From positions 56,332 through 76,331 of the IMG/VR virus record IMGVR_UViG_3300024243_000011: a stretch of DNA of 20,000 bases. One strand, given 5' to 3'. The position numbers were made by a program, and so were the translations under genes. The first letter of the stretch is position 1. Each line of letters starts with the position of its first letter. Under the pieces are notes generated by a model. That model was not told the DNA's origin and searched no databases. It saw only the letters and a list, made by a program, of their open reading frames with translations. This DNA is from an uncultured virus (IMG/VR IMGVR_UViG_3300024243_000011). Lineage: Duplodnaviria; Heunggongvirae; Uroviricota; Caudoviricetes. Positions 1 to 8,232 of the stretch are shown piece by piece.

Positions 1-1
1 T

Positions 2-607
2 TATAGTTATTTGTCTGAAAGTTTACATAATTTTGTTGTAGATTATTTTGATGTAATTGGCTGTAGTTTTGACATAGAGAGTGTTTCGAATGATGAAAAC
101 TATTGTACTTGTGATGTTAACATATTAGACTTTGCTGATTTTTCATGTGAAAAAATAAGTCTTTGTAAGCATAATTTAAGTATGTTGAAAAATTATATAG
201 CAGAGTTGAAAACTATTGAATATAGCTTTATTGGTGATTCATATCCTGGTTGGAAAGAATTTGTTAATAGTGGTATGCTTCATTATGATATGATTAATGT
301 TGATGATATTGTTGGTGGCACTAGTGTTCGTAATGATTGGGTGCCAAAAAATGCATTTTCATTTGTTAATTTTATTAAGAAATTTTCTTTAGGAATTCCT
401 ATTATAGATGGCAATCCGATTTCTATTTTAGTAATTTCAGATCGTAACGGTGGTAATTGTTTTATTAATGGTGATGGTATGGCAAGAGTAGCAGCAGCAA
501 AAGTGCTTGATGTAAAATATCTGCCATGTAAGGTTGAATATTGTGATTATTCTGATACTGATGATTATAGTTATTTGAAGAATAATTATGGTTATAATTT
601 TTGTTAA
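2..607 (+). CDS. Hypothetical protein with C-terminal ParB/Srx-like domain (probably 5'-truncated by the window edge)
   Basis: The frame is open from base 2 and the track start at 11 is only a TTG. C-terminal PISIL...FINGDGMARVAAAKVLDVKYLPCKV resembles the ParB-N 'DGHHRxxAA..lg...ipa.v' motif, with DGMAR in place of DGHHR. Confidence 0.5.
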   Translation, partial: YSYLSESLHNFVVDYFDVIGCSFDIESVSNDENYCTCDVNILDFADFSCEKISLCKHNLSMLKNYIAELKTIEYSFIGDSYPGWKEFVNSGMLHYDMINVDDIVGGTSVRNDWVPKNAFSFVNFIKKFSLGIPIIDGNPISILVISDRNGGNCFINGDGMARVAAAKVLDVKYLPCKVEYCDYSDTDDYSYLKNNYGYNFC

Positions 608-628
608 GAATTTTTTTTGGGGGTTTTT

Positions 629-1039
629 ATGTCTGATAATAAGGATTTTAATATTGTTGATTTGTCTAAGCCTGGAGAGAGAAATAAAGCCTATGGCTTT
701 AATGATGACAACACTAACATAAAGTCAAAGGATGACTTGCCATTAAGAATGGTAACTGAACAAACTAAAGATGCTATTATTGCTAGAATGGAGGCTACAT
801 ATAGAAAAATTCTTAATGTTAATAAAGAGTTAAAGAGACAGGGTAGCTCAGAGGTCTTAAGGGTGGCTGATGTGTTAGAAAACATTCCAGTGTCTAATAT
901 TTTCAGGTTGGTATTTGCTGAGGCGTGGAATAATGATGAAATGATGTTTAAGCTTAAGGGAAAGGTGGGTGAGCTAGATTCTAGATTAATTGAAGGTTTG
1001 AGTAGGGTTAACTTAAAGGTAGTTAAGGTGGAAAAATAG
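629..1039 (+). CDS. Hypothetical protein (~136 aa)
   Basis: ATG at 629 preceded by GGGGG-TTTTT. Fills the gap between neighbours; no motif recognised. Confidence 0.75.
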   Translation: MSDNKDFNIVDLSKPGERNKAYGFNDDNTNIKSKDDLPLRMVTEQTKDAIIARMEATYRKILNVNKELKRQGSSEVLRVADVLENIPVSNIFRLVFAEAWNNDEMMFKLKGKVGELDSRLIEGLSRVNLKVVKVEK

Positions 1040-1051
1040 TTTTTAATTAAA

Positions 1052-1567
1052 ATGTCTAAAAAGAATAATAAAAGTAAATATTTTTATGAGAAGCATATTG
1101 TAGAATGTGTTTGTACACATCAATTACAAAAAAACAAGAAAGTCTTTATCCCATATGTTATTGAGGTTTTTTCCTTAATATTGGTTGATGATTTATCTGT
1201 TGTCCCGAAGGTAGTTGTTTGTGAAAATTGCGGTAGATTTCATAATGTGTATGAGGTCGGCAAAAGTGATATGGTTGATGGCGGTGAATATATAGATTTA
1301 AGTGATGTTAAAAAGTCTATAGGTTACGATGACTTGTTAGAGGTTATGGATGATTTAGTTTGTTCTTTTGCTACATATGAAGAGGTAGAGTTTTGTATTA
1401 AAGAAAAGCTGTATGATAGAAAGATTTGTCTGAGTAAGAACATCTCAGATGATAACGAAGATGTGTATGGCAAGACTTTAGTTTTAAGTAAGTGTACAAA
1501 GAAGAAATGTGACTTTTTAGTGAAAAACTATTCTTTTAAGAGGAGAAGTGGTTTACAAATTGTATGA
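1052..1567 (+). CDS. Hypothetical protein, putative Zn-binding (ECVC...CENCGRFH)
   Basis: 171-aa ATG ORF with CxC and CxxC-x3-H motifs. Confidence 0.75.
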   Translation: MSKKNNKSKYFYEKHIVECVCTHQLQKNKKVFIPYVIEVFSLILVDDLSVVPKVVVCENCGRFHNVYEVGKSDMVDGGEYIDLSDVKKSIGYDDLLEVMDDLVCSFATYEEVEFCIKEKLYDRKICLSKNISDDNEDVYGKTLVLSKCTKKKCDFLVKNYSFKRRSGLQIV

Positions 1568-1580
1568 GTTGTGTTATAAT
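1552..1580 (+). promoter_or_regulatory. Sigma-70-type promoter with extended -10
   Basis: TTTACA (1552-1557), exactly 17 bp spacer, TGn at 1572-1574, perfect TATAAT (1575-1580). Lies 33 bp upstream of the ATG at 1614. Confidence 0.75.
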
Positions 1581-1613
1581 AATATTGTAATATTAAGTTA
1601 AAGTGAGTTTTTT

Positions 1614-1898
1614 ATGTCTAAAATAATTAAAAGTATAGATGATGTTGGTTCATCAGGTTTGTTATCTTCTGTTCCGCTAGTTTTTAATAGCAAAAAAGAG
1701 ATAGAGGCAGAGCGTCAAACTGAGCGTATGGAAGCTAAGAAGTTAGTTAGGCGGCTTGTTGATGACAATAATTTAAATCAAAGACAAATATTATATGTGA
1801 TCAGAAATCTAGCATTAGAGATCGAGAAATCTTCTTATTCTAGAAGAATGTATGATTTAGCTAAGGAGTGTATTGAAGAGATTACAATCTCTATTTAA
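1614..1898 (+). CDS. Hypothetical helical protein (94 aa)
   Basis: ATG ORF with GAG-TTTTTT upstream; first gene after the predicted promoter. Confidence 0.75.
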   Translation: MSKIIKSIDDVGSSGLLSSVPLVFNSKKEIEAERQTERMEAKKLVRRLVDDNNLNQRQILYVIRNLALEIEKSSYSRRMYDLAKECIEEITISI

Positions 1899-1922
1899 TT
1901 TTTAACTATGGAGGTAGATTTT

Positions 1923-2102
1923 ATGGATTTTACAAACAGGTTTGAAGAGATTAAGGCTTTGGTTGAGGAACTGACTGTTGATGCAGCTAAAACTTATGGT
2001 AAGAAAAATAAGAGTGCTGGAAAGCGTGTTCGTAAAGGGCTGCTTCAACTCAAGAAGTTGGCAACTGAGTGTAGAAAGGAAACTCTAGAAATTTGTAAAT
2101 AA
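1923..2102 (+). CDS. Histone H1-like / Hc1-family small basic nucleoid protein
   Basis: GGAGGT at 1910-1915 favours ATG 1923 (59 aa). DAAKTYGKKNKSAGKRVRKGLLQLKKLATECRK matches the 'D..K...GNKaAG.RaRK....lkk.....RK' pattern of bacterial/viral Hc1-like proteins. Confidence 0.8.
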   Translation: MDFTNRFEEIKALVEELTVDAAKTYGKKNKSAGKRVRKGLLQLKKLATECRKETLEICK

Positions 2103-2133
2103 ATTTTTATAGGTATAGGGGAGGGGTTTTAAT

Positions 2134-2430
2134 ATGAATAAGGTTCTTGAAGATAAGTTGTTGTTGGGCTTTAAGAAAAAGTTTGGTGAATGTTATAGCT
2201 TATGTAATAGTTGTGATGTTGAGTGTCCTAATAATGATTGTAGATACTGGGTTGATTGTGATAAATATAAAAATTGTTCTATCATTGTAGCTAATGATGG
2301 ACCTAAAACACAGGCTGAGGTTGGTGATATAATAGGGTGTACTGGTATGAGGGTTTGTCAATTGGAAAAATCTTCACTAAAAAAGATGGTTAAACGTGGT
2401 TGTAAAAGCAGGAAGGACTGGGTTAATTAA
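2134..2430 (+). CDS. Cys-rich protein with stand-alone sigma-70 region 4 helix-turn-helix
   Basis: GGAGGGG RBS. PKTQAEVGDIIGCTGMRVCQLEKSSLKKM matches the sigma region 4.2 pattern 'TL.EVG...gvtrERVRQIE.kAL.KL'. N-terminal half is Cys-rich. Confidence 0.75.
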   Translation: MNKVLEDKLLLGFKKKFGECYSLCNSCDVECPNNDCRYWVDCDKYKNCSIIVANDGPKTQAEVGDIIGCTGMRVCQLEKSSLKKMVKRGCKSRKDWVN

Positions 2431-2431
2431 T

Positions 2432-2734
2432 ATGCCTATGTATGAATATGTTTGTAAAAGTTGTGGTGACTCTTTTGAAGAAATAGTGCCAATGTCTGAA
2501 CGGGATGCCATGCCAGTATGCCCCAAGTGTAACTCTAGCGAAGGAGTCAAGAGGGCTGTTTCAGCAACTAATTTTAGGTTAGCAGGTACTGGCTGGGCTA
2601 GTGATGGCTATTCTTCTACTAGTATGAATCGTAAAACAAAGCCAGGGCAGGCATTGTCACATGCTGTTGATGATGCTAAGGATTCCTTGAGTGAAACTAA
2701 AGAAGAACTTAACAAAAAGAGGTTGGGTAAATAA
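2432..2734 (+). CDS. FmdB-family zinc-ribbon protein
   Basis: MPMYEYVCKSCGDSFE...CPKCNS...SATNFRLAGTGWASDGY is the typical FmdB CxxC..CxxC plus F..G.GW motif. True start is ATG 2432, one base after the previous stop. Confidence 0.85.
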   Translation: MPMYEYVCKSCGDSFEEIVPMSERDAMPVCPKCNSSEGVKRAVSATNFRLAGTGWASDGYSSTSMNRKTKPGQALSHAVDDAKDSLSETKEELNKKRLGK

Positions 2735-4668
2735 TGAGTAATTTTAATTATATTAATATTGGTAGTGTTGATAGTGTTAATGTGCCTGCTGAAACAGACG
2801 TAATATTTGTATCAGATTATTTTGATAATGAACATTCTGGTGGTGCGGAGTTAAGTGACAAGGCGTTGATAGAGAGTTGTACTGGCAATGTTTTTTGTGT
2901 TAAGTCTAGGGATTTAAGTTTGAATTTGCTTAAAAATAACTCATCTAAGTATTGGTTGTTTTCTAATATTGGTGAGATTAATTTAGATTTTTTACCTACT
3001 ATAGCTACAAACCTTAAGTATTCTGTTATTGAATATGATTTTAAGTACTGCAAATATCGTTCGCCAAGAAAACATCAGATGTCTGAAGGGGTTCCATGTG
3101 ATTGTGAAAAAACAGAATGGGGTAAGCTTATTGAGTTTTATTTTGGTAGTGCCGATACAGTGTTTTTTATGTCTGAGAAACAGCGTGATATTTATTTTGG
3201 CAAGCTTCCAGGCTTAGCTAATACTTGTAAATGGAGTGTTTTATCTTCTATTTTTGATGAAAACTTTTTTAAGAAAATTAACCTCCTTAGAAATTCTGAT
3301 GAGATTAAAAATAAAAATGATAAATATTTGATTCTTAACTCACCAAGTTGGATTAAGGGTGTTGACGAGTGTGTTAAATATTGTGAGGAAAACAAACTAG
3401 AATATGAATTGGCTTTTGGCCTTTCTTATAGTGACTTTTTAGATAAGATGGTTGAATCTAAGGGCGTTGTACTTATGCCTATGGATTGGGATACTTGCCC
3501 TAGAGTAGCAATTGAAGCCAAGCTGCTTGATTGTGATGTTAGGATGAACAACAATGTTTTGCATCGTGATGAAGAGTGGTTTGATACTGATGATATAAAT
3601 ACAATTACTGGTTATTTGTATGCATCTAGAAATAATTTTTGGAAGCTTGTGTATAACAATATGAATTATAAGCCAACTATTTCTGGATATACAACCACCT
3701 ATAATTGTGTTAGTGGTGATTTTCCATACATGTCATGCATTAAATCTATGTTGGATTTTTGTGATGAAGTTGTCGTTGTTGATGGTGGCAGTGATGATGG
3801 TACATATAAACAATTGTTAGAGTGGTCTGAAAAAGAGCCTAAGTTGTGTTTATATAAAAATAAAATTAAGTGGGGAACTAAAGAATCCTCCTTGGCCGAT
3901 GGCCAACAAAAAGCGTTGGCTAGATCCTTGTGTACAAAAGACTTTTGTTGGCAAATGGATTCTGACGAGTGTGTTCATGAAAATGATATTGCTAAGATAC
4001 ATGATATTGTCAGGCATTTCCCGAAGGGTGTTGATATTTTAAGCCTTCCGGTTGTAGAATACTGGGGTTCTTTAGATAGTGTTAGGATGGACATACAGCC
4101 TTGGAAATGGAGGTTGTCTAGAAATAAACCTAATATCACTCATGGAGTTCCAAAGCATTTGTTAGAATATGATGATGATGGTAATGTTAAGATTAAATTT
4201 GGTCTTTCTGATGGGTGTGATTATATTGATGTTAATAATTTGACTTCAATGCCCCATGCGTCCTTTTATGATGCTTCTGCTGAACAGATTAGAACTAATA
4301 ATATTGTTGAGTTTGCTAAGTTTTATAATTGGGTAGCGAAAAGTTATCCAACTGTATATCATTTTTCTTGGGCTTCATTGGAAAGAAAGCTTCGAAGTTT
4401 TAAAGGTTTTTGGTCAGTACAGTGGGCTGCAACGTTTGGTTGTGATTTGAAAGATACTGCTGAAAATAATGTGTTCTTTGATAAGCCTTGGACTAATGTT
4501 AATGACGATGATATCAAAGAAACTGCTGAAAAACTTAAGTGCATTGGCCCTAGACTGGCTCATGAAAAAATTGATTATAATTTAAATACTAGTCATATGT
4601 TGACTGACCTTAGTGTTGATCCACCTAAGTATATGCATTCCTGGTTAATTAAAAACAAGCTGATGTAA
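2734..4668 (+). CDS. Bifunctional glycosyltransferase (N-terminal GT-B/GT4-like + C-terminal GT2)
   Basis: N-half has GGAELS and DTCPRVAIEAKLLDC (GT4-like donor motif). C-half from about aa 313 has ISGYTTTYN, EVVVVDGGSDDGT and WQMDSDE (DxD). TAATG overlap with the previous gene. Confidence 0.8.
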   Translation: MSNFNYINIGSVDSVNVPAETDVIFVSDYFDNEHSGGAELSDKALIESCTGNVFCVKSRDLSLNLLKNNSSKYWLFSNIGEINLDFLPTIATNLKYSVIEYDFKYCKYRSPRKHQMSEGVPCDCEKTEWGKLIEFYFGSADTVFFMSEKQRDIYFGKLPGLANTCKWSVLSSIFDENFFKKINLLRNSDEIKNKNDKYLILNSPSWIKGVDECVKYCEENKLEYELAFGLSYSDFLDKMVESKGVVLMPMDWDTCPRVAIEAKLLDCDVRMNNNVLHRDEEWFDTDDINTITGYLYASRNNFWKLVYNNMNYKPTISGYTTTYNCVSGDFPYMSCIKSMLDFCDEVVVVDGGSDDGTYKQLLEWSEKEPKLCLYKNKIKWGTKESSLADGQQKALARSLCTKDFCWQMDSDECVHENDIAKIHDIVRHFPKGVDILSLPVVEYWGSLDSVRMDIQPWKWRLSRNKPNITHGVPKHLLEYDDDGNVKIKFGLSDGCDYIDVNNLTSMPHASFYDASAEQIRTNNIVEFAKFYNWVAKSYPTVYHFSWASLERKLRSFKGFWSVQWAATFGCDLKDTAENNVFFDKPWTNVNDDDIKETAEKLKCIGPRLAHEKIDYNLNTSHMLTDLSVDPPKYMHSWLIKNKLM

Positions 4669-4670
4669 AA

Positions 4671-5414
4671 ATGGATAACTTTAATTTTGTCATAATAACA
4701 CCTTGTTATAATGCATCTTCAAATTTATATAATATATACAATAGTTTATTAGAACAGACTTATGATAAGTGGATCTGGATCATTTCAGATGATTTGTCAA
4801 CTGATGATACATGCGAGGTGGCTAAAAATATTGTTAATGATGATAAATCTTTGGGTAGGGTTGTATTTTTATCTAATGGTAGTGATAAGAAATATGCCCT
4901 TAAAAATATAGTTGATGTTATCAACGGTTCTTGTTTTAGCAATATTGGTTCTGAAGTAATTATTGGTATTATAGATGGCGATGACCAACTGTGTAATAAA
5001 AATGCCTTACAGTTGATTCTTGATGAGTATAGTAATGGTAATGATGTCGTTTGGACAGCGCATATGTGGGATGTTAATAACAATATGAATGTTTCAGGTG
5101 ATATGCCAAATAATATTAACCCATATTTATATCAATGGTGTTCTTCTCATTTTAGAACGTTTAGGAAAAGTATTTTTGATAAGATTTCCCATGATAATTT
5201 TAAGGACATTAATGGTAATTGGTTTAAACGTGGTTATGATCAAGCGTTAATGTTGCCAATATTAAAGCTATCTAAAAAGAGAAAGTATGTTAATGAAGTT
5301 TGTTATCTTTATAATATAAACTCTGTGTCAATTGATCGTAATATGGACACCACATCAGATCAATTAAATGTTGTTAGGTTTGTTAGGGCTAGGGGTTTTA
5401 AAGAAAGTTGTTAG
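4671..5414 (+). CDS. Glycosyltransferase family 2
   Basis: IITPCYNAS, SLLEQTYDKW, SDDLSTDDT, IDGDD motifs. Confidence 0.9.
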   Translation: MDNFNFVIITPCYNASSNLYNIYNSLLEQTYDKWIWIISDDLSTDDTCEVAKNIVNDDKSLGRVVFLSNGSDKKYALKNIVDVINGSCFSNIGSEVIIGIIDGDDQLCNKNALQLILDEYSNGNDVVWTAHMWDVNNNMNVSGDMPNNINPYLYQWCSSHFRTFRKSIFDKISHDNFKDINGNWFKRGYDQALMLPILKLSKKRKYVNEVCYLYNINSVSIDRNMDTTSDQLNVVRFVRARGFKESC

Positions 5415-5469
5415 ATGTTTTGTATTGGTTGTGTTTTTTAAAGTAAGTTTATTTTGGAGGGTAATAATA

Positions 5470-7116
5470 ATGAAAATTGTATCTTTTTGGTCTGGTCATG
5501 ATTGTTCGTTTTGTGTTTTGGAAAATGGAATGCCTAAGCTTCATGTTGAATATGAAAGATATATTAGAGAAAAGGAGCCTAAAGGTGATTCCATAAAGTT
5601 ATTTTTTGATATTTGTGGCGAAGATGAACTAGAGGATGTTACTGATGTTGCTGTTTGTCATCCAATAAAAGATGTTTTCGATTACGCAGAATCTTGGAAA
5701 AAATTATATAAAATTTGTGAAAAAAAGGGAATTAAAGTACATGTGCTTGGCCATCATTTTTCACATGCAGCACATGCGTTTTATTCTAGTAAATATGATG
5801 ACTCATTGATATTGGTTGCCGATGGTGGTGGTGTCGAATTTGAAGATAAAAATGAAAGAATCGAAACTGCAACGTGTACATATGTTGGAAATGGCAAGAG
5901 CATTAAAGCTGTAGATGTGTTTTCTATGCAAAGTATAAATATTGGTGGTTTATGGACAAGGGCCACAAGGTATATTTTTAAGCTACAGTCTGGTTGGCCA
6001 CATGGCCATCAGGCAGGCACTGTAATGGCCATGTCATCGTTTGGTGACTCAAGTAAATATTACAATGATTTTTACAGGATGTTGACTAAAGATATTGCAA
6101 TGGCGTCAATAAAGCCAATGAGTCAGCCTGTTGGTGCGTATACTGGAAATGATCCAATCCATCCTTATTTGGATAAATGGGCTAAGATAGGTGAAAAAAG
6201 TGAGCAAGAACGTTTTGATTTGGCTGCTGGATTACAATCTGCCACTGAAACAGTGTTAAAAGATATGATAGCTAAATTATCTAATGATAACCCAAATATT
6301 AGAAATCTTTGTTTGTGTGGTGGTGTTGCTTTAAATTCTGTAGCAATGGGTAAGATTGTTGATTGGGAAGACAATAATATAGAGGCTGTTTATATACCTC
6401 CTTGTCCTCATGATGGTGGGTTGTCGATTGGTGCTGCACAATATGTTTGGCATAGTTATTGTGGGAATGATAGGATTGAGTGGAGTGACAATGTTTCTCC
6501 ATATCTTGGTGAACTTTATGATGAGGAAGGTGTGAGAGGTTCTATTGAGCAATATAGGGACAGATTAAAAGTTTTGGATTGTGATGATAGATTAGTTATT
6601 GATTTTTTAGATAATCAAAAAATTGTTTCTGTGTTTAGGGGTGGATCTGAATCTGGCCGTAGAGCATTGGGAAATAGAAGTATTCTTGCAGATCCTAGAA
6701 GTGATAAAATGAAAAGTATGATTAATGAAAAAGTTAAGCATCGACAATGGTTTAGACCATTTGCACCATCAATATTGAGAGAACATGTATCTGATTGGTT
6801 TGTTAAGGATGTTGATAGCCCGTACATGTCTTTTGTTGTAAAAATTAGAAAGAATAAGCTAAGCATGATCCCAGCAGTTGCACATTATGATGAAACTGCT
6901 AGGTTACAAACTGTAACAAAGAATGATAATGTTTGGTATTACAATTTTTTATCGAAATGGAATGAGAAAACTAATGTTCCAATATTGTTAAACACAAGCT
7001 TTAATGATCGTGAACCAATTTGTGAAACTCCAGTTCATGCAATTAATTGTTTTCTTAGGACTGATATTGATTATCTTTATTTTGCAGATTTTGGAATTGT
7101 TCTTTCAAAAAAATAA
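5470..7116 (+). CDS. NodU/CmcH/TobZ-family carbamoyltransferase
   Basis: GGAGG RBS before ATG 5470. Motifs GHD, HHFSHAAHAFYSS, DGGG, GGVALN, D.GLSIGAA, E.G.RALGNRSILADPR, KHRQWFRPFAPS, TARLQTV, LNTSFN. Confidence 0.95.
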   Translation: MKIVSFWSGHDCSFCVLENGMPKLHVEYERYIREKEPKGDSIKLFFDICGEDELEDVTDVAVCHPIKDVFDYAESWKKLYKICEKKGIKVHVLGHHFSHAAHAFYSSKYDDSLILVADGGGVEFEDKNERIETATCTYVGNGKSIKAVDVFSMQSINIGGLWTRATRYIFKLQSGWPHGHQAGTVMAMSSFGDSSKYYNDFYRMLTKDIAMASIKPMSQPVGAYTGNDPIHPYLDKWAKIGEKSEQERFDLAAGLQSATETVLKDMIAKLSNDNPNIRNLCLCGGVALNSVAMGKIVDWEDNNIEAVYIPPCPHDGGLSIGAAQYVWHSYCGNDRIEWSDNVSPYLGELYDEEGVRGSIEQYRDRLKVLDCDDRLVIDFLDNQKIVSVFRGGSESGRRALGNRSILADPRSDKMKSMINEKVKHRQWFRPFAPSILREHVSDWFVKDVDSPYMSFVVKIRKNKLSMIPAVAHYDETARLQTVTKNDNVWYYNFLSKWNEKTNVPILLNTSFNDREPICETPVHAINCFLRTDIDYLYFADFGIVLSKK

Positions 7117-7206
7117 AAATAGTAAAATATTTTATTACTTTTATGGTAGAAATCATAGTTTTATTTTAGAATAATCAAATGATTAGAGCGAGGGGTTGTT
7201 TTTATT

Positions 7207-8232
7207 TTGAATAATGCTAATTATAACTTTGTTGTTTCTGAATGTACTTTTCTTAGATATTTTATGCCTATAATAAATGAGTTAGTTAACAATGATATTG
7301 GTCATAATATAAATATATTTCTTGGTGATAGTAAAAAGTATAATAGCCCACTTTTAAAAGATAATTTAGATTTTATAAAAAAAAGTGTGTCTGATTTAAG
7401 TGTTTTTTATCGTGGCTCTATTAACATAGAGAATATTGAAAGGTTGGGTTTGCCTGAGTTTGCTGGCAATACATATTTTATTGAAGGTGTTGGTATAGAA
7501 TATTCATCTAGGCTTAATAATAATATTGTACTTACTTATATGACTGATTTTGTAAGTCTATTTGACAAGTATGTTGATTTGGCAGATTTTGTTGTTTTTC
7601 CTAATAAGAGTTTTGCTAACCATTACAACAAAGATTCGTGTAAAAATGTTTATATTGGTTCTCCTAAATATTGTGTTGATTTTAACAAACAAACAATACT
7701 GGATAAGTATGGGTTGAATAGTGATAGAAATAATGCATTGATATTGTTACCAAAATTAAGGTATTTTGATGGTAAGATTAACAATGTGTATGGTAAGCTG
7801 CGAGATGCTGGATATAATGTTATAACAAAAACTAGAGGCAAAGACTCAATTAGTGGTGATAAAAGTTTATTTTCTGATTATTATTTTGAGGACTATTCAT
7901 GGTTTCCACATACTAGCATGGAATTAATGTATGTATCTGACTTTGTTGTTAATTTTGACTCTACATCAATTAAAGAAAGCATTATGTTGAGTAAGCCAAT
8001 GGTTAACTTTAAGGTTAAGAAAGGCAGGATGCTACCATTTTTATATGATAATAATATTTTTTGTTTTGATTATGATTATAACATAGATAACATTAATAAT
8101 GGTATTGATAAGTTTTTAGATTATTATAATAACAACATTTCATTTATTGATAGTGAGTTTTATTTGATGAGGGAAAATTATTTATTTAATGTTGAAAACA
8201 GTAATGTTTGCGAAAGGCTAATTCAATTATGA
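7207..8232 (+). CDS. GT-B-fold protein (CDP-glycerol glycerophosphotransferase-like / possible ulosonate transferase)
   Basis: TTG start with GAGGGG upstream. YIGSPKY and LMYVSDFVVNFDSTSIKESIMLSKPMV resemble the C-terminal 'SD.v.t..Ss...Ea..l.kP' signature of GT-B/TagF-like folds. Its stop overlaps the neuA-like start. Confidence 0.5.
   Translation: MNNANYNFVVSECTFLRYFMPIINELVNNDIGHNINIFLGDSKKYNSPLLKDNLDFIKKSVSDLSVFYRGSINIENIERLGLPEFAGNTYFIEGVGIEYSSRLNNNIVLTYMTDFVSLFDKYVDLADFVVFPNKSFANHYNKDSCKNVYIGSPKYCVDFNKQTILDKYGLNSDRNNALILLPKLRYFDGKINNVYGKLRDAGYNVITKTRGKDSISGDKSLFSDYYFEDYSWFPHTSMELMYVSDFVVNFDSTSIKESIMLSKPMVNFKVKKGRMLPFLYDNNIFCFDYDYNIDNINNGIDKFLDYYNNNISFIDSEFYLMRENYLFNVENSNVCERLIQL

Noticed and set aside
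7117..7206. Inverted repeats in the 90-bp intergenic gap (TAATCA-AA-TGATTA at 7172-7185; AT-rich hairpin after the stop)
   Set aside because: Short and almost all A/T, with no GC stem plus U tract; not distinguishable from chance as terminator or operator.
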